A stretch of 64,000 nucleotides of DNA from Nitrosopumilus sp. (GTDB lineage Archaea; Thermoproteota; Nitrososphaeria; Nitrososphaerales; Nitrosopumilaceae): assembly GCA_965219345.1 (NCBI GenBank), contig OZ244732.1, positions 960,001-1,024,000 on the forward strand, in the 5' to 3' direction. This document shows, in pieces, positions 19,557-29,643 of the stretch. Below the pieces are notes generated by a model that saw only the letters and a program-made list of their open reading frames with translations, searched no databases and was not told the origin of the DNA. The position numbers were made by a program, and so were the translations under genes. Numbering within the stretch: position 1 is the first letter of the stretch; every line of letters begins with the position of its first letter.

Positions 19557-20504
19557 CTATTTTGCTTCAAAGATTTTGATTGCTTGTGGTGGACAAACAC
19601 CTTCACAAGCAAGACAAAAGATACAATCTGGTTCTTTTGACATCAATGGTTTTTGGTCAGATCCAGGATTTCCTGGAGTGTCAAACCACTCATAAACTCC
19701 TACAGGGCATGCTTCAATACATCCACCATCTGCAATACAGATATCATAATCTACTGAAACAAATTCTCCCCAAATGCCCATAATTCCATTACTTGTACCT
19801 CTTCGTCCCCAAGTTTTGATTGAATATCCGGCTGCATCGTATGATGCAGATTTTTTCAGTTTTGATTTGTATTCAACATCAATTGGACCTGGTTTGGCAC
19901 CATCTGGAATTTCCATAACTCCTTCATCTTCTTCACCTTCTTCTTCTGTTACTTCAACAGCTTTGGCTTTTGCGCCAAGGACAATTTTTGCCAAAGGAGT
20001 AAGTTCTTCAAGTTTTTGAATGGCAGCAATCTCAGAGATCTTTTCAGTTCTAACATAGTAAGAAATCATCTTGTCGGCTAAGATAGTATTACGTAAAATA
20101 GTATCAATTATCATTTTTGCAAAATGATCAGCTTTCTTTCTATAATCCAGAACCCAGTTTGGGTCACCAAATTTTTCAATTGGAAAAATTTGATAGATAA
20201 TATCAACTACTTCACCAGTTACAATTTCAACTGTAATAGATAACTCAACTTGTTCGTATCCTTTTGCATCAGGATCTTTCATGTTTTGTTCTTGCCAGCG
20301 ATATGTTGCAAAAATTCTGTCAGCATACATATCCATTTCAAATGCCTTTTTGAGACCATCATGGATTGATTTTATTTCTGCTGGATCTTCGAGTTTAACT
20401 GGTAGTCTGTAAAGTCCAATTTTGTATCCATGTAATGGATAAACACCACGTTTTGCAGTTGGGGCTTCCATTGACCACACTCGATCTTTTAATAGTAATG
20501 ACAT
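19557..20504 (-). CDS. ferredoxin-domain protein (C-terminal 7Fe-type, Zfx-like)
   Basis: CIADGGCIEACP and CIFCLACEGVCP motifs. Confidence 0.85.
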   Translation of the reverse strand: MSLLLKDRVWSMEAPTAKRGVYPLHGYKIGLYRLPVKLEDPAEIKSIHDGLKKAFEMDMYADRIFATYRWQEQNMKDPDAKGYEQVELSITVEIVTGEVVDIIYQIFPIEKFGDPNWVLDYRKKADHFAKMIIDTILRNTILADKMISYYVRTEKISEIAAIQKLEELTPLAKIVLGAKAKAVEVTEEEGEEDEGVMEIPDGAKPGPIDVEYKSKLKKSASYDAAGYSIKTWGRRGTSNGIMGIWGEFVSVDYDICIADGGCIEACPVGVYEWFDTPGNPGSDQKPLMSKEPDCIFCLACEGVCPPQAIKIFEAK

Positions 20505-20540
20505 CCGATTTTTGTACCTCGAATTTAGTTAAAAAGGTTA

Positions 20541-20852
20541 TCAGTCATCATCTTCAGGACAAGTGAGTTCTCTAAGTTCAATGTATTTTTTTTCCATTGC
20601 TTCTGCATGCGTCATTACTTGTGATAAATCATAAGAATTCTTGGAAAAATACCATCTTATAGGAACCCAATGCCCAATACCATCCATATCATGAATCATT
20701 CCCTTATCAGCTTTGACGTTTAGTTTTTCGTCTATGGATGTCTCTTTTACAGTAAGACCTCTTTTTGTTTTGTCTTCCATGACAAGATCTGTTTCACCAT
20801 CTTTGATAAAATAAAAAGTGCCTTTCTTTAGAACAGGAAGGTCTAAAAGCAA
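20541..20852 (-). CDS. hypothetical protein coupled to sulfurtransferase
   Basis: Clean 103-aa ORF directly after rhodanese. Confidence 0.75.
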   Translation of the reverse strand: MLLDLPVLKKGTFYFIKDGETDLVMEDKTKRGLTVKETSIDEKLNVKADKGMIHDMDGIGHWVPIRWYFSKNSYDLSQVMTHAEAMEKKYIELRELTCPEDDD

Positions 20853-20853
20853 T

Positions 20854-21699
20854 TTATTTTTCCACAGGATTTCCTATCATGTTACCCCATTCAGTCCAAG
20901 AACCATCATAGTTCCGAACCATTGGATATCCTAACAGATATTTTAGAACAAACCAACTATGTGATGATCTTTCTCCAATTCTACAATAACATATTACATC
21001 TTTGTCTGGAGTCACACCTTTTGGTTCATAATTTTGTTTTAATTCTTCAACTGCTTTGAATGTTCCATCAGCATCATTAACTGCAGTTGCCCATGGAATG
21101 TTATTTGCACCAGGGATATGTCCGCCTCTTTGCGCATGTTCCGTTGGGTATTCTGGAGGAGCAGTAATTTCGCCAGAAAATTCAGCAGGTGATCTTACAT
21201 CAACCATAACAGAATCTTCTTTTCCTAATGCTCTACTAACATCAAACAGATAAGCACGTAATCCTTCATCTGGAGGTTGTGCATTGTATGTCGTTGATGT
21301 CATTTGTGGTTCGTCAGTAGTGTAATCTTTACTTTCTAATTCCCATTTTTTTCTTCCACCATTCATAATCTTTAGATTTTCATGTCCATAGTATTTGAAA
21401 ACCCAGAAAACAAATGCTGCAAACCAATTGTTAAAGTCACCATAAAGAATTACTTCACTATCTGAAGTAATTCCATTTTTTGACATTAATGCTTCAAATT
21501 GTTTTTTGTCAATGATATCTCTTGTAACTGGATCATTAATGTCACGTTTCCACCAGATGAGACTGGCACCATTAATATGACCTTTTTGATATCCATTTAC
21601 TGGATCATAATCAACTTCTACTAATTTCCTATTTTCATTAGGAGGATTTTTTGATACCCATTCAGTATCTACCAAAACTTCTGGATATGCGTAACTCAT
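20854..21699 (-). CDS. thiosulfate sulfurtransferase (tandem rhodanese)
   Basis: GHIPGA, CYCRIGERSS, NYDGSWTEW. Confidence 0.93.
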   Translation of the reverse strand: MSYAYPEVLVDTEWVSKNPPNENRKLVEVDYDPVNGYQKGHINGASLIWWKRDINDPVTRDIIDKKQFEALMSKNGITSDSEVILYGDFNNWFAAFVFWVFKYYGHENLKIMNGGRKKWELESKDYTTDEPQMTSTTYNAQPPDEGLRAYLFDVSRALGKEDSVMVDVRSPAEFSGEITAPPEYPTEHAQRGGHIPGANNIPWATAVNDADGTFKAVEELKQNYEPKGVTPDKDVICYCRIGERSSHSWFVLKYLLGYPMVRNYDGSWTEWGNMIGNPVEK

Positions 21700-21787
21700 A
21701 ATTTGTACGGATGTGTTTCCATACTTAATTGTTTTTCAAATACGTAAAAAATATCATTTTTATGTAAACAGAATTCAGAAGAACTGC

Positions 21788-22603
21788 TTGAAACTTGGAA
21801 ACGTTGCAGTGGTAAGTAAAGTAGGTTCGAAAGAATCTGAACAAGCTGCAAAAGATGTTGTAAAAAAGCTTTTGGCAAAAAAATCCACAGTCTATACAAT
21901 TTCACCAATTGAAGTAAAGGGAGCAAAAAAAATTGATACGTTAGAAGAATTAAAAAAGATGAAACTAGACCTTGTAATTACTCTTGGTGGAGATGGCACA
22001 ACTCTTCGGGTTTTTAGAAACTTAGAAAATGAAATACCAATTCTAACAATCAATGTTGGAGGAAATAGGGGAATTTTATCAGAGATAACAATTGATAAAG
22101 TGGATGAAACAATAAATCAAATTTTAAAAGACAAGTTCTTCCTAGACAAAAGAACAAGGGTAGTTGCATCTTGTGGAGGAAAAGAATTTCCACCAGCATT
22201 GAATGAGATCTACATTAGTAGAACAAACTTGACTAAAACTGCAGAAATTAAAATAAAATTTCAAAATGATATCGTAAAACAAAAAATGGATGGAGTAATT
22301 ATTGCAACTCCCAGTGGATCTACAGGTCACTCATTTTCATTAGGAGGACCAATTTTGCATGAAAGTTTGGATGTTCTAATTATCACTCCTGTTGCACCAG
22401 TATACAGATTAGAGTCAATTGTAGTTCCAGATGAAAAGATTGAGATTACATGTTCTCATGACTGCAATATTGTGATGGATGCACAAGTGATTAAAGCTGC
22501 AGAATATGAAGAACCAATAATTATTAAGAAATACAAAAAACCAGCAGTCTTTGTGAGACTAAAAAAACGAGGACTGAGACAAATGAGTAAACTTGGATTT
22601 TAG
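21788..22603 (+). CDS. nadK: NAD kinase
   Basis: GGDGT, ALNE and DGVIIATPSGSTGHSFSLGGP; TTG start inferred. Confidence 0.92.
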   Translation: MKLGNVAVVSKVGSKESEQAAKDVVKKLLAKKSTVYTISPIEVKGAKKIDTLEELKKMKLDLVITLGGDGTTLRVFRNLENEIPILTINVGGNRGILSEITIDKVDETINQILKDKFFLDKRTRVVASCGGKEFPPALNEIYISRTNLTKTAEIKIKFQNDIVKQKMDGVIIATPSGSTGHSFSLGGPILHESLDVLIITPVAPVYRLESIVVPDEKIEITCSHDCNIVMDAQVIKAAEYEEPIIIKKYKKPAVFVRLKKRGLRQMSKLGF

Positions 22604-23072
22604 GATTTTAGATGCTAGTGCATTTTATGCAGGAGTTCCATTTAGATCATATAATGATTATTACACCACATCTCTTGCTTATGATGAAATCAAACACATA
22701 AAGAAAAATTATGACGCTCTAGGAACTTTGCTTGAAACTAATAGGCTAAAAATTAGAGAGCCTGACAAAGAATCAACAGAGGCCGCAATAAAGGCATCAA
22801 AAGATACTGGAGATTTTCCTCAGTTATCAAAACAAGACATTTCAATTATTGCATTATGCATTGAAATGAATGGTGAAATAATTAGTGATGATTTTGCAAT
22901 TTCAAATGTAGCAAAGAATCTAGGTTTGAAGATATCGCCAATTATGACTCGGGGAATAAAAGATGTGGGAAAATGGGTTCACTATTGTCCAGCATGTAGA
23001 ACTAATCATACTAATAAAACAGAGTGTCCAATGTGTGGAACGCCATTAAAAAGAAAATTACTCAGGGAATAA
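22593..23072 (+). CDS. nob1: NOB1-family PIN endonuclease
   Basis: ILDASAF, LSKQD, SDDFAISN, CPAC..CPMCG zinc ribbon. Confidence 0.9.
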   Translation: MDFRILDASAFYAGVPFRSYNDYYTTSLAYDEIKHIKKNYDALGTLLETNRLKIREPDKESTEAAIKASKDTGDFPQLSKQDISIIALCIEMNGEIISDDFAISNVAKNLGLKISPIMTRGIKDVGKWVHYCPACRTNHTNKTECPMCGTPLKRKLLRE

Positions 23073-23103
23073 CTGCTCTTTACACCATTCAACAAACGAA
23101 CTA

Positions 23104-23790
23104 TCATGTATCATGCAAAGTTTTTTGGTTAGACTTTCTGAGAAATTTACTTTTGGATTCTAACATTTTTTTAATTTTCTTTGCTCTTGCCTCACCTAAT
23201 CCTTCAACTTTTGCCAGGTCAGTGGTTGTTGCAGTAAAAACTCTGAAGGGAGTTCCAAATTTCTCAAGCATTCTAACTGCAAATTTCTCCCCTATTCCGG
23301 GCAAACTGCAAAGAACTGAAAGTTGTTGTTTTTGTAAATCGGAAGATTTTTTGATCTTCTTCAGGTAAGGTCCACTAGGAGAATCTTTTCTTGAACACAA
23401 TGAAACTAGTAATTTTGCTGTATGAACTGCGTTAGGAGTAGGAATCACTGGGATTTTAAAATCAAGAACAACAGTAGAAATAGCCCCATAGAATATCAGT
23501 GGATTCTCAGTGATTTCTTCAATTTCATCAACATTTCCCTCTACCAATACAATAGGGTGTTGAAAATGTTCTTTGAGTCTGGAACACTGATCAAAGAGTC
23601 TTCCATCAAAAACAGATGACATTAGATCACGAATACTTTTTCGCTCTACAACAGTTTCTGGTGCAACAATGTAATCGCCTATCGGAAGTGTTTTCATCTC
23701 AACGTTCAAACCAACTGATTTTAGAAGTTCGGGAATTCCACTTTTTCGCTCCCGTTCATCTACAATTATCCGAAGATTTTCTAATTTCAC
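23104..23790 (-). CDS. xpf: short XPF/ERCC4 structure-specific nuclease
   Basis: VDERE, GDY, VERKS, tandem HhH (LPGIG, VEGLG). Confidence 0.9.
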   Translation of the reverse strand: MKLENLRIIVDERERKSGIPELLKSVGLNVEMKTLPIGDYIVAPETVVERKSIRDLMSSVFDGRLFDQCSRLKEHFQHPIVLVEGNVDEIEEITENPLIFYGAISTVVLDFKIPVIPTPNAVHTAKLLVSLCSRKDSPSGPYLKKIKKSSDLQKQQLSVLCSLPGIGEKFAVRMLEKFGTPFRVFTATTTDLAKVEGLGEARAKKIKKMLESKSKFLRKSNQKTLHDT

Positions 23791-23842
23791 CTATACTGTT
23801 TGTAAGGATTTGTTAATATCTATTTGAAATTGGTGTCAGAGA

Positions 23843-24232
23843 TTACTTTCTAGGATTATTTTCTGCTGGTGGAGAATTTGTAGAGCCAGTTTTCATCATT
23901 TCAGTAATTTTTGATTCTTGTTCTTTGAGAGCTTCTTTGACACGAGCTTCCTGCTTTTCAAGAACTGTCACACGTGTTTTTGCCATTTCTTGTTTTTCTT
24001 CTAATTCATCAATCAATTCTTTTTTTGTTGATTTAATCAAGACAGTACCAGCGTGTTTGAAGACAGCATCACCATCTGCTACTTTCTTTAATTCCTCAAG
24101 GGCTTTTTCTGTTTCTGCTTTTTCCATTTCAAGATGTTGTTTTTGAGTCATGATGGATTGAAGATTTTGTTGAGATTGTTGTAATTTCATTAGTTGTTCT
24201 TGAAGCCATGGAGGCATTTGTCCAGTAGACAT
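23843..24232 (-). CDS. pfdB: prefoldin beta subunit
   Basis: Coiled coil with VFKHAGTVLI; exosome superoperon context. Confidence 0.92.
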   Translation of the reverse strand: MSTGQMPPWLQEQLMKLQQSQQNLQSIMTQKQHLEMEKAETEKALEELKKVADGDAVFKHAGTVLIKSTKKELIDELEEKQEMAKTRVTVLEKQEARVKEALKEQESKITEMMKTGSTNSPPAENNPRK

Positions 24233-24255
24233 TATTAATCAAAAATTTTATTTCA

Positions 24256-24501
24256 TTATATCTTTACCGATTCAATTGAATCATAACTGACTTGGATTAG
24301 TCTAAGTGTAGAGTTAAGATTTGCTCGCAAGTGAGGCAAGTGTTCGGATTCTACTGAAATGCTTATCTTTTCATTGAATTTTATCTCAGTCTTTACAGGG
24401 TTTTCTGGATAAAATTCGTTATCAGTATTTACAGAATCATAAATTGCCTTTGTTTTGTCTTTTGCATCAATTATGATTTTTGCACTAAAGTTTAATGTCA
24501 T
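24256..24501 (-). CDS. pcc1: KEOPS subunit Pcc1
   Basis: LRANLNSTLRLI motif; context. Confidence 0.85.
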   Translation of the reverse strand: MTLNFSAKIIIDAKDKTKAIYDSVNTDNEFYPENPVKTEIKFNEKISISVESEHLPHLRANLNSTLRLIQVSYDSIESVKI

Positions 24502-24697
24502 ATGCTGTTCCAGCTACTTTGAAGCTGCATTTTTTACAAGACCAAATTCCTACAGCATCTCTACCAAATGTCTTTGAGCTACATTCAGGACAGGTTCTCT
24601 TTTCTTTTAATTGAAAATGGATTTTTGTATACTGCTTCCTAATCTTAATTCCATATCTTGCGCCTAATCCTTTAAGAGATTTTTTTGCTTTTGCCAT
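24485..24697 (-). CDS. rpl37ae: 50S ribosomal protein eL43 (L37Ae)
   Basis: GARYG, CPEC, GIWSCKKC..VAGTAY. Confidence 0.95.
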   Translation of the reverse strand: MAKAKKSLKGLGARYGIKIRKQYTKIHFQLKEKRTCPECSSKTFGRDAVGIWSCKKCSFKVAGTAYDIKL

Positions 24698-24698
24698 T

Positions 24699-25517
24699 TT
24701 ATTGACTTTCCTGCTGAACTTCTTTTAGTTTTTCCCTTATTTTTGCGCCAACTCTAACAGAAATTTCTCCACACTGAACAATTTCATCTTGTGTGAATCC
24801 ATCAAAACCACCTTTTTGCAAGGCGCAAATATTTCCATCAGAATCACTAGTAATTGTAATTCTTGCATCCATACTATCCCATTCATCCCCATTTGGATCA
24901 ACCACAATATGACTGCCAATCTTTGCCATAGTTACAGATACTGGAATTGTTGAAATTGGCAATGGAGAATCTTCACCATCAACTAGTGTTGCTTTATCAT
25001 CAACCCAATTCCATTTTGGAGTTTTTGATGTAAGTAATGCAGCAGTAGAAGCATAAGAGCATGCATCAAAAAGATTTCCATCATAATCAACAACTACATT
25101 ATCTGCAAATACACCAATGACAGATTTGTCTTGTTCAATAACTAATTGGGCAACATCAATCATGTGACTTTCTCTAATTCCTCTATCCACAACTCTTGCC
25201 AATTCAATAACATGGGGTTGTGGAGGTCCGGTTTCAACAGTAGGATGTGAAAGTGGTAATAATTCAGCAGTACAAATGAGAAGACCTTTGTCGCCAGAAT
25301 CCGGGAATGGTCTATCTGGTTGAATTTTTACTCCGCATATGGTTTCAGTATCACCAAGTCGTACTCGTGCAGAACCATTTGCTTTAGGAATTGCATTAGT
25401 TTCAATAGACAATTCTCTTGCCTCATCTAACGCTCGCCCATCTACTCTTTTTCCCTGTTCCAATAATTCAAGAATTTGTGTTCTCTTTAATTCATCTAAA
25501 ACAGATTTTGATGCTAT
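24699..25517 (-). CDS. rrp42: exosome subunit Rrp42 (apparent ATA start)
   Basis: RNase PH fold: GKRVDGR, IELARVVDRGIRES, DYDGNLFDA; frame open to ATA at 25517. Confidence 0.93.
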   Translation of the reverse strand: MASKSVLDELKRTQILELLEQGKRVDGRALDEARELSIETNAIPKANGSARVRLGDTETICGVKIQPDRPFPDSGDKGLLICTAELLPLSHPTVETGPPQPHVIELARVVDRGIRESHMIDVAQLVIEQDKSVIGVFADNVVVDYDGNLFDACSYASTAALLTSKTPKWNWVDDKATLVDGEDSPLPISTIPVSVTMAKIGSHIVVDPNGDEWDSMDARITITSDSDGNICALQKGGFDGFTQDEIVQCGEISVRVGAKIREKLKEVQQESQ

Positions 25518-25519
25518 TT

Positions 25520-26254
25520 CTAATCGCCTCTATTTCCAAAGTATTTGTCGTTAAGTGCTTTCTTTTGTAAATCATAAACAATTTTACAGCCTTCAACTCC
25601 AACGGACACACATTTCTTGTATTCTTCAGGAGTTAGAACACCATCTAATTGCAATAACGTGATTTTTTCAAGACTTGGCATGTAGCCTATTGGCATATCT
25701 GCTTGACCTGCTTGATCTTCTTCGTTATTAACATCCAAAACAATAGTATCTGCAACCTTTCCAGAAGCGCATGCTGCAACCATATCCCTCATTGGGATTC
25801 CAGCATCTGCTAATGCAACAGAAGCTGCAGAAAGTGCAGCACAACGGGTTCCACCATCTGCTTGCAAAACTTCGATAAATACATCAACTGCAGTTCTTGG
25901 GAATTTTTCTAACATTACTGCAGGCTCTAATGCTTCTTTGATTACTTTGGAAATTTCAATCTCTCTTCTTGAAGGGGCTGGATTTTTTCTTTCACCAACA
26001 GAAAATGGTTCCATATGATATCTAACTCGTAAAATTCCAGTATCAGTGTCAGACATGTGTTTTGGATGAACATCTCTTGGACCAAATATACCAACTAGTA
26101 TTTTGTTATCACCAAATTCAATGTAAGCAGAACCATCCGCGTTTTTTAGTCCACCAGCTCTAATCGTAATTTTTCTTGTTTCGTCGACTTTTCTTCCATC
26201 ACAACGAATTCCATTTTCGTCCAATAGGACCATTGTTGCTTCTCTTCCACCCAT
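25520..26254 (-). CDS. rrp41: exosome subunit Rrp41
   Basis: RCDGR, NADGSA, EVLQADGGTR. Confidence 0.95.
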   Translation of the reverse strand: MGGREATMVLLDENGIRCDGRKVDETRKITIRAGGLKNADGSAYIEFGDNKILVGIFGPRDVHPKHMSDTDTGILRVRYHMEPFSVGERKNPAPSRREIEISKVIKEALEPAVMLEKFPRTAVDVFIEVLQADGGTRCAALSAASVALADAGIPMRDMVAACASGKVADTIVLDVNNEEDQAGQADMPIGYMPSLEKITLLQLDGVLTPEEYKKCVSVGVEGCKIVYDLQKKALNDKYFGNRGD

Positions 26255-26934
26255 TATGATTCACTCTTTGATTCTAACATTTCTTTTACCTGATCAATCA
26301 AATTAGCAACGTGTGCTTTTTCATCTACCATTTTAATAGCTTTTTTAACCTTTAATAATCCCTCGGGGGATTCACAGGAAACCACTACCCAACCGTTTTG
26401 TCCAATTGTTACTGCAGCATTAGTTGCCTGTTCTATCATCTGAATCATGCTACCTCTCTTTCCTATTAGGCGTGGAACCTTACTTGGGGAAATTTTAACC
26501 AATGCTCCAGAGTCTATTTTACCTAAATCTCTATCAGAAATTGTGATAAGTGGATCTCGTGTTCTATCAAAATTAGCAATTCTTGCAGCAACAAGATCTC
26601 CTGATTTTAGTTTTGATGTAAGTTCATCAGCATGAGCAGAAAAGTCTCGTCCAAAGACATCTTGTGCAGGTAAGAAACCAACATAACAAGAATTGATATC
26701 TAATTCCCAGGATAGTGATGTATGAGAAATGACTTTACCAATGACCAAGTCATCAATTTTTGGAATATATTTTCCAGTTAGTGGAATTACTCTAACAGAA
26801 TCATCATAAATTTCAGAAATTCCAATAGTTGTCGAAATTATCTTATTTCCTTCTAGTACAACATTTTGTTCAGGTCTAAAAGGTCCTGTAGTTACTAAAT
26901 CACCTGGAATAACGTATTTTCTTTTATTTTCCAT
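26254..26934 (-). CDS. rrp4: exosome RNA-binding subunit Rrp4
   Basis: YIPKIDDLVIG S1 domain, KVPRLIGKRGSM KH domain. Confidence 0.95.
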   Translation of the reverse strand: MENKRKYVIPGDLVTTGPFRPEQNVVLEGNKIISTTIGISEIYDDSVRVIPLTGKYIPKIDDLVIGKVISHTSLSWELDINSCYVGFLPAQDVFGRDFSAHADELTSKLKSGDLVAARIANFDRTRDPLITISDRDLGKIDSGALVKISPSKVPRLIGKRGSMIQMIEQATNAAVTIGQNGWVVVSCESPEGLLKVKKAIKMVDEKAHVANLIDQVKEMLESKSES

Positions 26935-27620
26935 TATTGAATTACCTCAACTGAAGCAGAGCCTTTGGTAATAGAACCCAATCTATCGATCACGTTTGGC
27001 CTTGCTGCAGCAGGTATTTCTAGTATTGCTTTTAGAGAACCGTTATTTTGCCATTCTTCTTTTTTCAGAGAACCTACTGATTTGAGAACAGAGTAAGACT
27101 GAGATGCATATTGTGCAGGAACTATAATTTCTAATTGTAGATTCTCAGATTTTAGTGCAATGATAGAACGCAATTTTTCAACAATATCTTGTACTTGTTC
27201 ATCCACACTTTTTTGAGGATCAACTGAAGCTCGGGCATCTTTCATAGCTTGTTCTACTCTCAATGGAGGATGAGGTAAGTGAGTTTTAGGATCCACATAT
27301 GTTTTGGCAATAAATTCAACAATCTGTTTTCTCTTTTCATCAATCATTTTTCGTCTTTGATCAGTTGTAAGGTTCAGAACACCTTTCTGAAGGATTATCT
27401 GAGCAATTTCAGTCTGGTCTTCAGTTTTGAAAGCCTTGAGTAATTTTTCATTTCCAGGTTTTGTGCCTTTTCCAGAATCAGTATAAATTTCATCTGAAAT
27501 CAAGACTGCAGAAACGTCTTTTTTCTTGCCCAACTTGTAATCCAATGCTGGATCAGGCTTTACCAAAATCTCAAATTTTTCACCCTCAAAGGAAAATCTT
27601 ACTACTGTAACATCTGCCAT
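26934..27620 (-). CDS. ribosome maturation factor SBDS
   Basis: KFEILV, LTTDQRRKM, DPKTHLPHPP. Confidence 0.95.
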   Translation of the reverse strand: MADVTVVRFSFEGEKFEILVKPDPALDYKLGKKKDVSAVLISDEIYTDSGKGTKPGNEKLLKAFKTEDQTEIAQIILQKGVLNLTTDQRRKMIDEKRKQIVEFIAKTYVDPKTHLPHPPLRVEQAMKDARASVDPQKSVDEQVQDIVEKLRSIIALKSENLQLEIIVPAQYASQSYSVLKSVGSLKKEEWQNNGSLKAILEIPAAARPNVIDRLGSITKGSASVEVIQ

Positions 27621-27680
27621 TTCTAAAACATGTATGATAATTTGGTATTTATCTATACATAAAACTAGCTAGATATTTAT

Positions 27681-28346
27681 GTGGACTTTGAAGATTTTCT
27701 TCAAGATTTGTCATCCCTAGAAATAATCAGTAAAGATAGTCAAAAAATTTCTGTAAAGCTAAAAGGAGTTCCCATGCAATACGCAAATGCCCTTAGACGT
27801 ATCTGTCTAAACGGTGTTCCGGTCTTTGCAATTGATACAGTAGACATTATAGAAAATTCTTCCGTATTACCAGATGAAGGTTTAGCACACAGATTAGGAC
27901 TAATTCCAATAACAACTGACTTGTCTAGATTTAATGAACCATCCAAATGTGATTGTGATAGTGAATCTGGTTGTTCAAACTGTAAAGTCATGTTAGTTTT
28001 AGACTCAGGAGAATCAGATATGACAAGAACCGTTCTTTCAAATGAATTATCCTCTGAAGATGATTCAATAAAACCAATTTCAGATAAAATCTCAATTGTT
28101 CAACTAGCTCCAGGTCAACGAGTTAAAGTTGAATGTTACGCTAGACTGGGACGCGGAACAAATCATGCTAAATGGAACTCTGCAAATGTTTCAACTCTTA
28201 TTGAGACAGACAAAAAAGATGAAAGCGTTCTCACTGTAGAATCAACTGGTGCTCTCAGTCCAGAGCAAATTATTCTTGCAGGGGCTGATGAAGTTAGTAA
28301 TAGATTAGGTGAATTCAAAGATATGATCAGTCAAATCGAAGAATAA
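27681..28346 (+). CDS. rpoD: RNA polymerase subunit D (Rpo3); alternative start TTG 27708
   Basis: ANALRR, NSSVLPDEGLAHRLGLIP, HAKW. Confidence 0.95.
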   Translation: MDFEDFLQDLSSLEIISKDSQKISVKLKGVPMQYANALRRICLNGVPVFAIDTVDIIENSSVLPDEGLAHRLGLIPITTDLSRFNEPSKCDCDSESGCSNCKVMLVLDSGESDMTRTVLSNELSSEDDSIKPISDKISIVQLAPGQRVKVECYARLGRGTNHAKWNSANVSTLIETDKKDESVLTVESTGALSPEQIILAGADEVSNRLGEFKDMISQIEE

Positions 28347-28389
28347 TTAAGCATACACATTATATTTGGGTTTTAAACGCATTATTCAC

Positions 28390-28737
28390 ATGACAAATCA
28401 AGTAGTTATGCGCATGGCAAGGGATCTAAAAAAGGCATCAATCAAAAATGATGCTCCGATTTGGGCAAAATTGGCAGAATATGCACTCAAGCCATCCATT
28501 GCAAGAAGAGATATCAACTTGAAGAGAATTGGTCAACTAACAAAAGAAAACGATATGGTAGTTTGTCCCGGAAAAGTTCTTGGAACAGGTAATGTTCCTC
28601 ATAAAATCACATTATGCTCATTTTCAATTTCAAATTCTGCTGCAAGTAAAATCATTGATAACGGTGGAAAACTAATTAGTTTTTCAGATCTGATTGAGCA
28701 AAATCCTACTGGAAAAGGAGTGATGTTACTTGGCTAG
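28390..28737 (+). CDS. rpl18e: 50S ribosomal protein eL18
   Basis: APIW, VCPGKVLGTG. Confidence 0.93.
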   Translation: MTNQVVMRMARDLKKASIKNDAPIWAKLAEYALKPSIARRDINLKRIGQLTKENDMVVCPGKVLGTGNVPHKITLCSFSISNSAASKIIDNGGKLISFSDLIEQNPTGKGVMLLG

Positions 28738-29194
28738 TCAAGAGACAGTTGTCAGAACAGATAGACCAATAGTTGTTGATGCAACGGACCATATTGCTGG
28801 AAGATTATCATCAAATGTCGCAAAATTACTAATCCAAGGAAACAGGGTTTCAGTTGTAAATTGTGATAAAATTATGATGAGTGGAACAAGAAGTAATCAA
28901 ATTAAAGAATATAGGGAATTTTTGGAAATTAACAGTATTATTAATCCAAAACATGGGCCTGTCCACTACCGAAGACCTGATACAATTATGGCAAAAATGA
29001 TTCGTGGAATGTTACCATATGATAGAAAACCATCAGGTAAAGAATCACATCAAAGACTGAGAACTTACATTGGTTCGCCAAAAGAATTAAAATCGTTAGA
29101 AAAAATTCAATTCGAAAAAGCAAAAATTAGAAAATCTGCATCAAATTACACTGCGATGGCAGAATTATGCAGAGTAATAGGATGGACTGAATGA
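28730..29194 (+). CDS. rpl13: 50S ribosomal protein uL13
   Basis: VDATDHIAGRLSS, RRPD..IRGMLP. Confidence 0.95.
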   Translation: MASQETVVRTDRPIVVDATDHIAGRLSSNVAKLLIQGNRVSVVNCDKIMMSGTRSNQIKEYREFLEINSIINPKHGPVHYRRPDTIMAKMIRGMLPYDRKPSGKESHQRLRTYIGSPKELKSLEKIQFEKAKIRKSASNYTAMAELCRVIGWTE

Positions 29195-29640
29195 CAACTC
29201 CAAAAACTGAAATTTATTTTGCAACTAGAAAAACATCTAGTGCACACGTATACATAACAAAAGGACAAGGTAAAGTTAGAATTAACAATGTTCCAGTTGA
29301 GATGATTCCACAAGAAACTGCTCGTGAAGTAATTTTAGCACCATTAGAAATCACAGGTGATTTGAGAGATAAAGTAGACATTTCTGTTAGAGTTAGAGGA
29401 GGAGGTTTTATGGGACAAGCCAGTGCTGTTGCAACTGGAATCTCAAGAGCACTTACAGGATGGACAAAATCCAAAAAAGATCCAAAGGAGCATCCATTCC
29501 CAAAATCTACTAGAGAAGATCTTAGAAAACGAATCACAGAATTTGATAAATATCTAATAAGTGGAGATGCCAGACGAAAAGAACCAAAGAAATTTGGCGG
29601 ACCTGGTGCCAGAAGAAGAAAACAAAAATCATACCGTTAG
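29191..29640 (+). CDS. rps9: 30S ribosomal protein uS9
   Basis: VRGGGFMGQ, EPKKFGGPGARRRKQKSYR. Confidence 0.96.
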   Translation: MTTPKTEIYFATRKTSSAHVYITKGQGKVRINNVPVEMIPQETAREVILAPLEITGDLRDKVDISVRVRGGGFMGQASAVATGISRALTGWTKSKKDPKEHPFPKSTREDLRKRITEFDKYLISGDARRKEPKKFGGPGARRRKQKSYR

Positions 29641-29643
29641 ACT

